A stretch of 63,428 bases of DNA, counting the filler, from Octopus bimaculoides (taxonomy: Eukaryota), in assembly GCF_001194135.2 (NCBI RefSeq). It is 6 parts of 6 records of this genome, joined end to end, with 100 filler letters (N's around TTAATTAATTAA, not from the genome) between each part and the next. Parts side by side here need not be neighbours in the genome. Positions count along the whole stretch, not along the records: positions 22,655 to 38,904 come from NC_068988.1; positions 39,005 to 50,139 come from NC_068984.1; 4 more parts are not named here. The stretch is one strand, 5' to 3'. Under the pieces are notes generated by a model. It saw only the letters and a program-made list of their open reading frames with translations, was not told where the DNA came from and ran no database searches. Every line of letters starts with the position of its first letter. Position 1 is the stretch's first letter. Position numbers and translations under genes: made by a program. Shown in pieces: positions 27,928-42,484 of the stretch.

Positions 27928-28616
27928 AAAGCATTAATATGCATGTGCATACGAGTGCGTATGTGTCTGCCTGCCTGTCTGTCTGTCTGTCTGTCTGTTT
28001 CTCTCTCTCTCCTCTCGTTCCCTCTCTCTCTCTCTTTCTCTATGTTCGTGTGTGAATATTTTTACATAAATGCAACTACGGGTCGGGATATGTTTGAAAG
28101 AGAAAGAGATTATTAAAAAGAAACGCTCAGAGAGTGGTGCTAGGTTGAGAAACTAATAAACAAAAATATTATTTAGATTAAGGCAGAGAAAAATGCTGAA
28201 AATATAAAGAAAAAAGTTGCTGCTTTGTGAAGAAGGAAGCCAAACGGAACAAAATGCAATACTCGTAAACATTACAGCAGTGAGGTCCAACAATATATTC
28301 TGTCGGTGTCATCGAGGAAGAACGGCGTAACTCTTATCGCCATCTAAGGAATTCCAGATGGTGATAAACTGAAGCTGTTGACTTTCTCATTAACGCCATC
28401 AAAAGATTAGAATGTGAATCCAAGCGTAAGTTGACTGCTGAAGACGATCGCAAAAGTAACGGGCAAGAGATCGCACCCCCAACAACATACATGTATATAT
28501 GTGTGTGTATGTGTATGTGTGTGTATATGCGTGTATGTGTGTGTATGTGACGCGAGTGAGATAGAAAAAAATCGATAAATAGACAGATACATAGGTTCAT
28601 GGATATATATATATAT

Positions 28617-29149
<533 letters not shown>

Positions 29150-30139
29150 GTGAGTTATAGATTGCTCAAAGAAGAATCTTAAAATTAGAAGGAACAGGTG
29201 ACTGAACAAGATGAAAAGATCTTGTGGTCTTCCTTTCCATCTTCCTTTCATCTTTCACCACCCGCTTTGTTCTCCTCCCTTCTCCCTCTTCCTTCATCAA
29301 AACCCTCATCTCCTCTTCTTCCCTCAAACTTCTCCATTTTCCCTTCCGCCCTACCTTCTTCTTCCTCCTCCTCGTCACCAGCACTACCAGCACAAGCATC
29401 AGTAGCAGCCAGCAGCAGCAGCATCTCGACCATCATCCTCATCATCATCATTTATGCACTAAGCACCAATATGGAAGGATCTCTCAAGGCTAATAACGCA
29501 GTATTCGGTGTTCTAACAAGACATCCACGTTAAGTTGGATATAGAGATTATTTTTTCGGTATTGGACCTGTTTCCGTCGCTATTAATTAATTAATTACCT
29601 ACTAAATCGATGACCTTAAGTTTGAACCCATGTGAATGGCACTGCATAGTTTAAAAATAACAGCCACACCTCCCTAAGGTTAATACGGCTAATATGGGAT
29701 GGAATACACTATTCAAGAAGTGACATTACGAAATGTTTACGTCTAGTATGTATCAGTCTGTTTGATAAAGTCAGCTCTGGAGCCAGCAGCGGCAAGTGGA
29801 AGAAGAAGAAGAAGAAGAAGAAGAAGAAGAAGAAGAAGAAGAAGAAGAAGAAGAAGAGCAGCAACAACAACAACAACGTTAATGGTTTCTAATTTAAGTT
29901 ACGAGCTAACAATTTAGAAAGAAGGTGGTTAGTTGATCCCCACCTCTTGTCATTAGTTGACTGGCATTTTATTTTATCAACTGTAGAGAAAGGCAAAGCT
30001 GATTTCGGCAGGATTTAAACTCAGAACGTAACGACGCTCTAACGAATTTACTAATCCATCGTCAAGGCAATGCTTTCAATGTATTTAAAAGTTGCTTCAG
30101 CAACTTGCAATGTCTTATAGGGATAAGCTGTTAGCGACT

Positions 30140-30420
30140 TGAGTTAATAAGCTGGATTGTCGACTATAGATTGTACTCTCTGAGCATCAGTGAACTCATC
30201 GACTTAATGCGATTCAAAGAAGCAGACGCCTTACAGTCTGTTCCATGTGGATTTCTCGGTTGGAAATAGAACCATTTTTGTATCGATTTATTAAGTGTGA
30301 TGAGAAATGGATACTCTTTGATAACAGCAGAAGAACAGGACAGTGATTAGATGCAGGAGAATCACCAAAACACTACTCAAAACTACCATTTCAGAACTAC
30401 TCTATTTATGGTTCTGCGTC
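30140..30420 (+). mobile_element. Mariner (DD34D) transposase fragment
   Basis: EPFLYRFIKCDEKWILFDNSRRTGQ*LDAGESPKHYSK matches mariner-type FLDRIVTCDEKWILYDN..QWLD..E.PK. Confidence 0.8.
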
Positions 30421-31334
30421 AGATCTCGGTTATGATAGATATATAAAACTACAGTGGCGCATAACTAACCACGACGACTAGGGTTCAATTCTCACCTCTT
30501 TAGACAAAGGAATGTAAAGAAAATTTGCTAGACTGAAATTGTAATTAAGCCCATGAAAGGATAGTTTGTTTCTATAAAATTTATAGACAAGTTTTATCAC
30601 TCTAGTCCTACTAGAATAAAGGGTTTTTTGCCGAACTTAATTTTCGTGCTGTGTTTAATTTCATTTCGTTTTCTTCCCTCTTTATGTCTATAATATTTCT
30701 AGTAAAAGAAATAAATCTCTCCGTTTTAAAATTTAGAGATTTATTTATAGATTACTTTGTATTTCTTATTCGTAAATAGGTTTCTCGCTAGATTTAGCTG
30801 GAATAGAAAAATATGGTCGGAAACTCTTTAGATGAAATAAATAGAGACAATCACATAATATCACCCAAAAACAAAAGTTATTTGGTATCTAAATTTAATA
30901 AGCTAAGCACATATAAATTTAGAATCATATAGTGTTTTTTATCTTTTAAAAAATATCTAACACTAGCTAATCACGTAATACTTGGCCACAAATTGCACCG
31001 GGGAAGATAATTCTCTTAACACAAGACTAGACAATTTTGAAATATAACTACCAAAATTCTTAAAAAATCTCTTTTCTCATATTTAGTTAACATTCATCTG
31101 AACAGAAAAAAATGAATAAAACACTGAGTGGGTAAAAAAACAATAACAACACGTACTATTTGAAACGATAATAGAAAATGTCACATTTTCTATTTTTAAA
31201 AATATAAAAATCTGATTTCACTTAAAATATAATGAATACAAAAGAATAACAGTACAAAAATATTCAATTTTATTTTGTACATATTTTTTCCATACAGTGA
31301 ATGGTGGCCATGATCTTTTACAGAACCTACAATA

Positions 31335-31548
31335 TCAATTTCAAATTTTGGTACAAGGTCACCAATTTTGGGGAAGGGTTAAGTCGATTACATCGACCCA
31401 AGTATTCAGGTGGAACTTATATGATCGTCTGAAAGGATAAAATGTAAAATTTACATGGGCGCGTTTTGAACTTAGAACTTAAAGACGAACGAAATACCGC
31501 TGTGTATTTTGTCCGAAGTGGTAATGATTGTGCTATCTCGCCGCCTTA
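31335..31548 (-). mobile_element. SINE family B, degenerate
   Basis: AGTCGATTACATCGACCC..TTTGAACTTAGAAC..CTCGCCGCCTT matches family B in reverse. Confidence 0.7.
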
Positions 31549-33785
31549 AAAAAAAGAACGTACTATATCAATTGAAGTAAAAGAAGACTAATTTATTTAC
31601 AACTCATGGAAGCAGTGTATCAAGGTATCGAGCTGCACCCGAGCTGGAAATCTAGTCTGAATACTTACATTTGAATGGATACAGCTGAAAGCCCACAAGG
31701 ATCAGCTGGGAGTATCCTAGTGCCTGGAAGATTTAAGTGCATCACTCAAGAATACACACGTACGCATTGTGATTTCTCCTTTCTAATTTTCTTCCACTCT
31801 ATTTCACTTACAAAGCCTGAATGAATCCGAGGCTATAGTAGACAACATCCAACCAAAATGTTGGTGGCAGTGAACGATGATCAAACATTCCTTAGCAAAT
31901 AATGTAAGGCCATTTGACAGAGGTTTTTATCAGGGGGCTTAGAGATTCTTTCGGACCCACTTCTCTTCTGTGATTTTTCGTCATCAAAATATGTAATGAT
32001 ATTTTGAGCTTCCAGGAAATACTCGAAACCAGGTTCTCTTATCACCCTACTACTCACATAGAACCTATGTTTAGCAAACACATTACATTGTCGAAGAGCT
32101 GTCGTAGTTATTTACAGACACCTGGCCATTGAAAAAAATTTACTGCAGCTCAGGTGAAAGTCTAAGACGTTTTTAATACTTGTAGAAAGTTTGATACTTC
32201 AATAAATATACTAAATGTGTATACCGTATTTTACAGTATGCAAGTCGAATTTTTCAAACCTAACTTTATACTTTATAGTAAAAAAAAAGATATGGTGAAT
32301 TTAGAGAACCAAAGCTTCCATGTGAAATTCAGTGGAATTTGGAGAGATACTGACGATGCTTGACTATTTACCCTATATACTACGTCGAGTTGTACGGTGG
32401 AAAATATGATATTACAAATTCTGTGAACCTTCATATGACTAAAATATCTCTTCCAAGACGTGATTATTTTAGTTTCAACTCTGAAACTGAGCAAATAAAT
32501 GAGTTCTGAAATATGTTATTGTTATTTTAATATTTCGATCTTAAAATACCAAATCGAGATTTTTAAAGAAAAAAATCTGAGCGGTGCAGTAAATTACGAT
32601 ATATAAACTTGAAAGCGGGCCTACTAAGAAAATAAAATACTGAAAGATGCACAAGGATTTTTTTTTTCTTCTTTTTCTTTAAGATTAACATAAAATATAA
32701 ATACTTCATCTCAAGATGTTTTGTGACGCACCTAGATACCAATCCTTTGCAACTGATGTTTTATAAATTTCATGAAATTGATAGGAAAAAAAAACAAAAA
32801 CAAAAACAAAACAAAAAACAAACGAAAGAAAGAAAAATGTTTTTAGTGTTCACATCCTGTGCGTTGAGAGCTGTTTGTATTATTCACATTGCAATAAAGC
32901 TGGTCAACCGTAAATAATTGTAATCGATTGTCTCTTCACAGTCACCGTTATATTATGTTCAAAAGTTAACATTTTATGTTATATCCTTATACATTTATTT
33001 TTAGCAGTTTCTGGTTTTCCTCATCATCGTTGTCGTCATCATCTCCACTATGACCACAGTCATCATAATCAGCTCCACTACTATTATCACAACGACAACA
33101 ACGACCACCACCACTGCCACCTTCCTTCCTTCCTTCCTTCCTCTCTTCCTCTTCCATACTTTCCTATATCATCATCATCATCACCATCACCTTTACAAGT
33201 ACCACCACCACCACCACCACTACCACCACCACCGTCATCATCATCATTATCGTCATCATCGTCGTTGTCATCGTCATCGCCGTCGTCGTCGTCGTCGTCG
33301 TCGACATCATCATCATCATCATCATGACCATTGTCAACATCGTCGCTTCACCATCGTCACCAGCGAATCCAAGACAATGCTTTTACTTGTTCCTTCTAAT
33401 CGGTAACATCTGCAGATACAATTCATTTCCAGTCCATTGCTATGGCGTTCAGGAACGAAAACCGTCTTTAGAATCCTGACACAGGGGAGAGAGGTAGGGG
33501 AGAAGACAACATTTTAGAAATAGCCAAGACGAACGAAGAAATCGTGAAAGATAGCGTGGATGGAAGTGGGTGAGTGGAGAATAGATTTGTTAGAGAATAA
33601 CTAATATGTATTGACATAGAGAGAGAAACTAATGGTTTGAAAGAATAGGGAATATCATATACATATGTGTGTGTGTGTGTGTACGTACATATATGTGTGT
33701 GTATGTATGTGAATGTGTTTGTGTGTGTGCATATGCACATATATACATATGTACATATATACATGTATGCATAAATACATATATA

Positions 33786-33834
<49 letters not shown>

Positions 33835-33906
33835 ATGTGTGTGTGTGCGTGTGTGTGTGTTTGTGTGTGTGTGTGTATATATATATATATACATACACCC
33901 ACACAC

Positions 33907-33991
<85 letters not shown>

Positions 33992-34329
33992 ATATTCCCC
34001 ATTCTTTCAAATCCATATACATACAAGCACACATGCCTAAATGAATGAAACATACTTCGGAAGTTTCCGCTAAAAATTTCCGTAGAGAGCCGGGCAGCGC
34101 AGTTGTAACTTTCATTCCGTTTTCCTACGAGTTCCCATGATTCTGCTGCCGTTAAATTCTAGGGACGCTCTTTCACTGTTACTGGAATCAGGTCTCCTTG
34201 TCACATGTATAATATACACCTATACAGCTATATGAAGGAAAAGTAAAGCTTGGAAGTAGAATTGATGCTAAGTTGAAGAATTTAGCAGACACATAACATA
34301 CATAATAGCGGCGACTCGATTTCGAATAA

Positions 34330-34880
34330 TGCTGCTGCTTGATTGCTCTCTTAACCATGGGCAGCATGGAAGTGGATTTTCAGTCCTGCTTGAGACCTAC
34401 AGTCTTTTGCATAAATTGTAGTAGGTGTTCATAAGGTTTTCATCCATGCTGACGCATATTTTAATTCCATATCATGGGAGTTTTCATTGAATGTTTTACG
34501 TTTTTCGATTACGGACAAACATATTTTGCAACACAGGATAAAGATATTAATAGAGGTGATTTTTATCACCTGCGTTTGAAACTTTTTTAAAGCAAGGAAA
34601 GGCCTTGTACACTCACTCTCTAAACAATATCTACATGACTGAATGCAAACGAAGTCGCAGTACAGTATTCCTTCTTGAGAAATGTCTAAACAAAGAGTAG
34701 GGGCCTCTTACTTCCAGTTGTTTGAAGGTCGTTGACTCTACTTGAGTACATTTGCTGACTGGAAGGGTTTAGGGTTTGTTTTTACGTCCTAGAGGTTATT
34801 TAACGGAAACCTGCCTCCTTACCAAGTGGGCTAGGTATGATTGGCGATTTAGTCAGCGACGGTCCGACCATACGAAAGTT
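34330..34880 (-). mobile_element. Possible RTE (BovB-like) C-terminal remnant with zinc-finger tail
   Basis: Minus strand LCKR..RSQAGLKIHFHAAH resembles the C..C.R.C.S..GL.SH.R tail of RTE ORFs. Confidence 0.4.
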
Positions 34881-35159
34881 TCTTCTGGGTTACATCTTAT
34901 CCAACAACTGAGAGCGGGAGGCAAACGAGCCTTTATTTAGACATACACACATAAATACACAAATGAAAATGTATTGGCGCCAGCGATGATATTTGCACAT
35001 ATATATGCATATGTATATTATGATTATATATATATATATATATNNNNNNNNNNNNNNNNNNNNNNNNNNNNNNNNNNNNNNNNNNNNNNNNNNNNNNNNN
35101 NNNNNNNNNNNNNNNNNNNNNNNNNNNNNNNNNNNNNNNNNNNTATATATATCGCATTA

Positions 35160-35605
35160 CCTTTTATCTTTTTCTTGTTTCAGTCATTAGATTGCAGCCA
35201 TGCCAGGGTACTGCCCTGAATTTTTAGTCGAATGAATCGACCCGAGTATTTATTTTTTAAACCAGGTATATATTTAATCGTTTATTTTGCCGAACCCTGG
35301 GTTTACGGGAACGCAAACACACCAACACCGGTTGTCAAGTGGCAATGGGAGGACAAACACAGACACAAAGACACACACACAGATAGATATTTATACATAC
35401 ATACATATACATATACATACATACATACATACACATATCTATATATATATACACGACGTTCTTTTTTCAGTTTCTCTCAACCAAATCCACTCACAAGGCT
35501 TTGGTCGGCCCGAATTTATAGTAGAAGACACTTCACTTGCGCAAGGTGCTACCCAGTAGGACTGAACCCGGAACCTTGTGGTTGGGAAGCAATCACTCCT
35601 GCGCC
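35160..35605 (-). mobile_element. SINE family A, near full length
   Basis: Reverse complement colinear with 6051-6441. Confidence 0.85.
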
Positions 35606-37071
35606 TCCCGAGCGTCCAGTAACATAATCTGTATCACGTCCTCGCGTTGTTTTTTGTTGTTGTTTTTTGTCGTTTTTCTTTTTTGAACCTATATATATAT
35701 ATATCTATATATATACGTAATTAGGATAAAGTCATTATTTAATGAGTTATCAGTCGCCGGCATGCTAAACTACCATAATAGTTAATTCATATTAAAATCA
35801 TAATAAGCGTTTTGAATGATTACAATACCCCAAATAGTCTAGGAACCACTTAGATTATTACTCCACTACACGAGATTTTAAGCGAGGAAAATAGACAGCG
35901 AGGATTTATAAAATAATTTGGATAATATCATATCTATAGATTTCATGTCTTGAGTAATTTAAAACCCCTTCCGATCATTTGCGGCAAGATATTGAACGTA
36001 AGTAAATGAAACATACATTATACATACAGTCATAAGCGCAAATAACGTACATGTATTTCGCACGCATGTATTTCCGAATTGAAATCCAAGCACCTATTTC
36101 AACCATGCGCTTATTTACTCAGAATATTTCTTAAGTAAATATGTTATAGTAGTGAATAACTCAAACCTTCAAATCTATAGATATGGTATTATCCAAATTA
36201 TTTCATAATTCTCTGTGTTTGTAAACTACTACCATCACTGTTCCTGTAACTTAAGGCTTTGGCAAAAGAGACCAATAATATAACAGGCTTACAGATGTAC
36301 TGGGTTCGATTCATTCGACTAAAAACTTTTCGAGGTGGTGCCCCAGCATGGTCACACTCTAATGATTGAAACAAGTAAAGCTGTGTGTGTGTGTGCGTGC
36401 GCACGTGTGGCTGTGTGAGTGTATGTGTGTGTCTGTGTGTGTGCATACACATGATAGAAAATATTTCTTTTCCTATATGTATATATCCGTGCAACGTTCA
36501 CAATACATTCCAATAGCACATGAAATTAATGTTGTTATGGTCACAAGACAGATAAGCTGCAGAAATCTGGAACTTTTTGGTTTCTTATATCGAACTGGTA
36601 CGCGATTAGGGAAGATTACACGCCGGAATTGATAGTAATGGACGTGAGAATTAATGGTGGCGTTGAATAAGACTTTCTAGCTGACGGTCGATATTCACAG
36701 ATGTGGAGATATACTTAGAATTTAAGAAGACAGAGCTAGTAGGATTAAGATAACAAATCCAGCGCGAATATATTATGTAAGGTTTATTTGAGGCTTAAAG
36801 CTGTGGATAAAGTTTATATGTGTTCCTGTATGTATGTATGTATGTATGTATATATGTATGTATGCATGTATGTATGTATGTAGAAAGATTCATCTATTAA
36901 TAAATGATTATGCACACACTCACTCTCTCCCCCTCTCTATCTTACAAAAACATGCTTATATATAGATGTATGCACATACCTTTCTTTCTTTCTTTCTGTC
37001 TGTCTCTCACTCTGTTTCTGTCTGTCTGTCTGTCTGTCAGTCTGTCTCTCTTGATATATATATATAATGCC

Positions 37072-37113
<42 letters not shown>

Positions 37114-38149
37114 NNNNNNNNNNNNNNNNNNNNNNNNNNNNNNNNNNNNNNNNNNNNNNNNNNNNNNNNNNNNNNNNNNNNNNNNNNNNNNNNNNNNNNN
37201 NNNNNNNNNNNNNNNNNNNNNNNNNNNNNNNNNNNNNNNNNNNNNNNNNNNNNNNNNNNNNNNNNNNNNNNNNNNNNNNNNNNNNNNNNNNNNNNNNNNN
37301 NNNNNNNNNNNNNNNNNNNNNNNNNNNNNNNNNNNNNNNNNNNNNNNNNNNNNNNNNNNNNNNNNNNNNNNNNNNNNNNNNNNNNNNNNNNNNNNNNNNN
37401 NNNNNNNNNNNNNNNNNNNNNNNNNNNNNNNNNNNNNNNNNNNNNNNNNNNNNNNNNNNNNNNNNNNNNNNNNNNNNNNNNNNNNNNNNNNNNNNNNNNN
37501 NNNNNNNNNNNNNNNNNNNNNNNNNNNNNNNNNNNNNNNNNNNNNNNNNNNNNNNNNNNNNNNNNNNNNNNNNNNNNNNNNNNNNNNNNNNNNNNNNNNN
37601 NNNNNNNNNNNNNNNNNNNNNNNNNNNNNNNNNNNNNNNNNNNNNNNNNNNNNNNNNNNNNNNNNNNNNNNNNNNNNNNNNNNNNNNNNNNNNNNNNNNN
37701 NNNNNNNNNNNNNNNNNNNNNNNNNNNNNNNNNNNNNNNNNNNNNNNNNNNNNNNNNNNNNNNNNNNNNNNNNNNNNNNNNNNNNNNNNNNNNNNNNNNN
37801 NNNNNNNNNNNNNNNNNNNNNNNNNNNNNNNNNNNNNNNNNNNNNNNNNNNNNNNNNNNNNNNNNNNNNNNNNNNNNNNNNNNNNNNNNNNNNNNNNNNN
37901 NNNNNNNNNNNNNNNNNNNCTAAGAAGAAGAAGAAGAAGAAGTGGGAGTGCTATGATAGTTGCAGGGTGTTAATTGGTTAGGTGTCCTGACATTGACCTG
38001 CTGACGGTCGTAGTGATCTGTATTGTTTATAATGTTTGCGTAGGTGTTATTCTAAACAGCAGTAGTTGTAATAAAGTAAGGGAGGAGGTGGTGAAAAGGA
38101 AGAAGAAGATGACGGAGAAGATGAGGGATGGGGAGANNNNNNNNNNGAT

Positions 38150-38905
38150 GCGTTCAGAAGGGGTCTGTATTTTGTGATGAAGAGAGACTCTTTACTAATC
38201 CTTTGGCTGTAGGTTGTATCGTGTCTGAATTGATAGAGGGGAAAAATTCTGAAACTTGGATTTTATTATTGGCGCAAATATCGATGTTGGCTGAATGCTA
38301 TTTTTCTGTTTCGGGGAATTTTGATTTGGGATTTGTGCAGAGCCATCCGTTGACGCCGGCTGTTTTTGTTTAGCCTACGTACTGCTCTTAACACCCAGAG
38401 CAGGTTAGTGCGTATATCAGGTTCTCCGAAGTACATGTGAAGTTACTTTTCACTTTGAAATTTTGCCCCTGTTTGAATGTGAACTCTGATCCCTCAATTA
38501 GATTGACGCATATTCCGCAGTTGGGCCTACCACATTTTTTTACTGACGGCTTCAGTGCTTTTGTTGAGGGTATTCGAGTTTGTGTTAGGAGACTTTTCAT
38601 AGATTTGGGCTGTCTCTTGCTTTTTATAATGTTGCGTGTTTGGAGGATTAAGTTCATTCTGTGGTCCTATTTTAGCAGGGGAATGTTTTGAAGTATGGTG
38701 TCGAAGGCTTCGTTGTTAAGAGGGTTGTATGTGGAAATGTATGGTAGGGCTTTTGGTTGTAAGACCTTCTTTAATTTGGGATGTCTGAGTTCGTGGATGC
38801 TGAGTTGAAGAGCTCGTTGAAAGCATGTGTCAATTAGTGTAGATGGGTAGTTCCTGGTGGTGAGAGTATCCTTTAGCTCATGTAGTCGAGTGTCCCTGGT
38901 GGTTN
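38150..38905 (-). mobile_element. Penelope-like element: RT C-terminus plus GIY-YIG endonuclease, with stops
   Basis: RLHELKDTLTTRNYPSTLID..LPYISTYNP..KCGRPNCGIC..FTCTSENLIYALTCSGC*EQYVG*T..RQRMALHKSQI..KESLFITKYRPLLN. Confidence 0.9.
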
Positions 38906-39004
38906 NNNNNNNNNNNNNNNNNNNNNNNNNNNNNNNNNNNNNNNNNNNTTAATTAATTAANNNNNNNNNNNNNNNNNNNNNNNNNNNNNNNNNNNNNNNN
39001 NNNN

Positions 39005-39038
<34 letters not shown>

Positions 39039-40287
39039 GCATCTAGATAACACACACGCGTTCATACACACTTGCGTTCCTGATTCGTGTGTAATCACCG
39101 TAATTGAAAGCAATGTTTATAAAATGTCAATAGAAATGTCGATGAATATGTATGTATGTCAGTCGTATTAAATAAATATGTTAAGTAAAATTAATATATA
39201 TCACATTATATATGCCCAAGTCATATAATTAATGCTAATTATAACTTATTTGGTTTTTAAAATGTTAATTAATCCTTGGAAATTTCCCCGGTGCTACTTA
39301 CTACATGTAAATATTTTATGCAAAAAACAAAATCGAGATAAATATATAAGATCGGACGACTTACCTCCTTTGTAACTTCTCGTTACGTTTTTATATGTAT
39401 ATATACATATGTATCATGTCGATATTTCTCTTTGCTTGTGGTGGTGTTTAGTTTTATCACAGAAATTTAGCATTTCATGCCAAATGGTGTAAAAGTTTAA
39501 AAATTACTTTCTTATTTTGTAAAATCAAACAAAACAAGCAGAGTGACTCTGATTCATACTATTTTATATAATAAATATTGGTAGAGTATAAAAAACGGGT
39601 GAGATAGTCCTTTTTAGTTTTTAAAATAAAAAAAGGATTTAAAATGTTTTTATGTTCAGAATAGTTTATAAATACGAATAATAATCAACTAAGCGTGTCA
39701 TAAAAAGCAGAAATTTATCAACCTGTGAACTAAAAACTTAGGTTTCCAATGACTATAAACTATTCGTTTGTGAATAAATCTGCCGTCTACATTCTCAGAA
39801 TGTTATTGATGTTTGTTCACTCTCTAGATAAAATGTTGTTTATATAGAGTAATTTCTATACAAGGAAGAGAAAAAGCCTTGATATGGCTGTGACCAGGTC
39901 AACTTCCATATTAGCTCTGCTCATACAGGTGTGTACCGGTGTGCGCGTGAGTGACTACCTGTGAGGAAGAGAGAGAGAAGGGGGAGAGAGAAAGAGTGAG
40001 AGAGAATTTGAGTTTTTCTTTTATATTAGCCGCCCGAAGCTATGAATGTGACATTTTATTTTTCTTATCCTCGGGTTAAAAAGTCAAGAAGGTCACCTGG
40101 AGTGTCTGTTAGTACTGACAAGTTATTCAGGTTATACGTGCTTTTTAAATATAATATACATAAAAACATGCACCTACATATGCAACACGTTGCAAAAGTC
40201 TGGGACTGTTTTAAGCATAAACATCGTAGAACCATACGTCAAGGCAACAACAACGCAAGTGAATATTATCATTATTGCTGTCAGAAA

Positions 40288-40720
40288 CGTTAGCACGCCG
40301 GGCGGCATGCTTAGCGGTATTTCGTCTGTCTGTATTTCGGTATTTCGAAATGCTTAGCGGTATTTTGAGTTCAAATTCCGCCGAGGTCGACTTTGCCTTT
40401 CATCCTTTCGGGGTCAATAAATTAAGTACCAGTTGCGTACTGGGGTCGATCTAATCGACTGCCCCCCCACCCCTCCAAAATTTCGGGCCTTGTGCCTAGA
40501 GTAGAAGAAAAAAATTATTATATCGAAGGCGGCGAGCTGGCAGAGTCGTTAGCACGCTGGACGAAATGCTAAGCCGTACTTCTCCCGTCGCTACGTTCTG
40601 GGCGCAAATCCGCCGAGGTCGACTTTGTCTTTCATCCTTTCGGAGTCGATAAAATAAGTACCAGTCCCCTCTCCCCAAAATTTCAAGCCTTGTGCCTATA
40701 ATAGAGAGGATTATTATTAT
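40288..40720 (+). mobile_element. Two tandem SINE family B copies followed by (ATT)n
   Basis: The repeated block GAGGTCGACTTTG.CTTTCATCCTTTCGG occurs twice; tRNA-like head GGCGAGCTGGCAGAGTCGTTAGC. Confidence 0.85.
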
Positions 40721-40731
40721 TATTATTATTA

Positions 40732-40767
<36 letters not shown>

Positions 40768-40778
<11 letters not shown>

Positions 40779-40987
40779 GAGTGAGAGAGCAGTGCATACC
40801 ATCAAAGTGACACTGGGGTAAAATATACGAAGCCCCTTATACCCATCATAACTACCCGTCTGATAAGGGTACACCAGGCACATGCATCACAATCATATGT
40901 GCGCGACATGGTGATCTTATATCAAGATAAACAGCGCATGACCTCGCAGGTGGGGCCCAGTTAGAATTTTCTTCAGATCGAGTAGCC
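40768..40987 (-). mobile_element. Probable SINE family D 3' part abutting (ATT)n
   Basis: Recalled as an abundant repeat; single copy in this window, truncated by a gap. Confidence 0.4.
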
Positions 40988-41744
40988 NNNNNNNNNNNNN
41001 NNNNNNNNNNNNNNNNNNNNNNNNNNNNNNNNNNNNNNNNNNNNNNNNNNNNNNNNNNNNNNNNNNNNNNNNNNNNNNNNNNNNNNNNNNNNNNNNNNNN
41101 NNNNNNNNNNNNNNNNNNNNNNNNNNNNNNNNNNNNNNNNNNNNNNNNNNNNNNNNNNNNNNNNNNNNNNNNNNNNNNNNNNNNNNNNNNNNNNNNNNNN
41201 NNNNNNNNNNNNNNNNNNNNNNNNNNNNNNNNNNNNNNNNNNNNNNNNNNNNNNNNNNNNNNNNNNNNNNNNNNNNNNNNNNNNNNNNNNNNNNNNNNNN
41301 NNNNNNNNNNNNNNNNNNNNNNNNNNNNNNNNNNNNNNNNNNNNNNNNNNNNNNNNNNNNNNNNNNNNNNNNNNNNNNNNNNNNNNNNNNNNNNNNNNNN
41401 NNNNNNNNNNNNNNNNNNNNNNNNNNNNNNNNNNNNNNNNNNNNNNNNNNNNNNNNNNNNNNNNNNNNNNNNNNNNNNNNNNNNNNNNNNNNNNNNNNNN
41501 NATATAAAAACCGTTTAATAAAACAAAAAGAAGAAAACTTACTAAACATGAGAACTGAAAAAATTTAAACGTCTTGAATCTGATAAAATTTTTATAGCAG
41601 ATCATAGCATGCCTATTGAGAAGGTCAAAGGTCAACAATATGTTGAAATATTGAATCAAAATTATTTCTTTTAATTCAATCTCTTGTCGCCATATTAACT
41701 CGAGTTTTTAATGGCAATTTTTTAATGAGTGTGAGGTAACCAAA

Positions 41745-42220
41745 AAGCGCCAAAATAAGTACAGGGATCGATTCATTTGACTAAAAATTCAAGGCAGTGT
41801 CCCAGCATGGCCGCAGTCTAATGACTGAAACAAGTAAAAGAACGTGCTGGGTTCAAATTCTTATTTCTTTATTGCCAACAAGGGGCTGAACATAGAAGGG
41901 ACAGACAAACGGATTAAGTCGATTACATCGACCCCAGTGCGTAACTGGTACTTAATATATCGATCCCGAAAGGATGAAAGGCAAAGTCGACCTCGGCGGA
42001 ATTTGAACTCAGAACGTAACAGCATACGAAATACCGATAAGTATTTCGCCCGGCGTGCTAACGTTTCTGCCAGCTCGCCGCCGCTGGGTTCAAATTCTGC
42101 CAAGGTTGACCTTTCATCCTGTCGGGAATCATAAAGTAAATTCCAGTTGAGCACTTGTGGGCGGTGGGGTGGGGGGTCAATGTAATCGATTATCATCCTC
42201 CCCCACAAATTTCAGGCCTT
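41745..42220. mobile_element. Cluster of nested SINE A and B fragments in both orientations
   Basis: Family A tail at 41745-41840, family B minus at 41866-42075, family B plus at 42075-42220. Confidence 0.75.
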
Positions 42221-42484
42221 AACATTCAATATTTGTATTTGTAAACACTACTATTCATGGCACTGCGCACGGGTACGCGAATATGTATGGATATTTACTG
42301 TGAAGTAGTCAACGACTAACTTGTAACTATGACTAAACGACAACCTTCAACTTCTTCCTTCCTCCCTTTCTTCCCAAACAACTCCACCCAATTCTCACTT
42401 CTGAACCTTTGATTTCCTTTTCTTTTTCTTACGTTTGTTCTCATAGTCATGTGTTGATCTGTATCGGAAAAGAAAAAAAGAAAA

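Noticed and set aside
28357-28430. Exon-like segment ending in C|GTAAGT (EAVDFLINAIKRLECESK)
   Set aside because: Every frame from the nearest plausible acceptor contains a stop, and the polypyrimidine tract is weak.
29198-29533. Ser/Pro/His-rich ORFs ending MEGSLKANNAVFGVLTRHPR
   Set aside because: Dominated by trinucleotide and pyrimidine low complexity; no family recognised.
31881-32081. 66-aa minus-strand ORF
   Set aside because: No homology recognised and no consistent exon boundaries.
39890-39901. TGACCAGGTCA nuclear-receptor-like palindrome
   Set aside because: A single short motif with no gene context; not distinguishable from chance.
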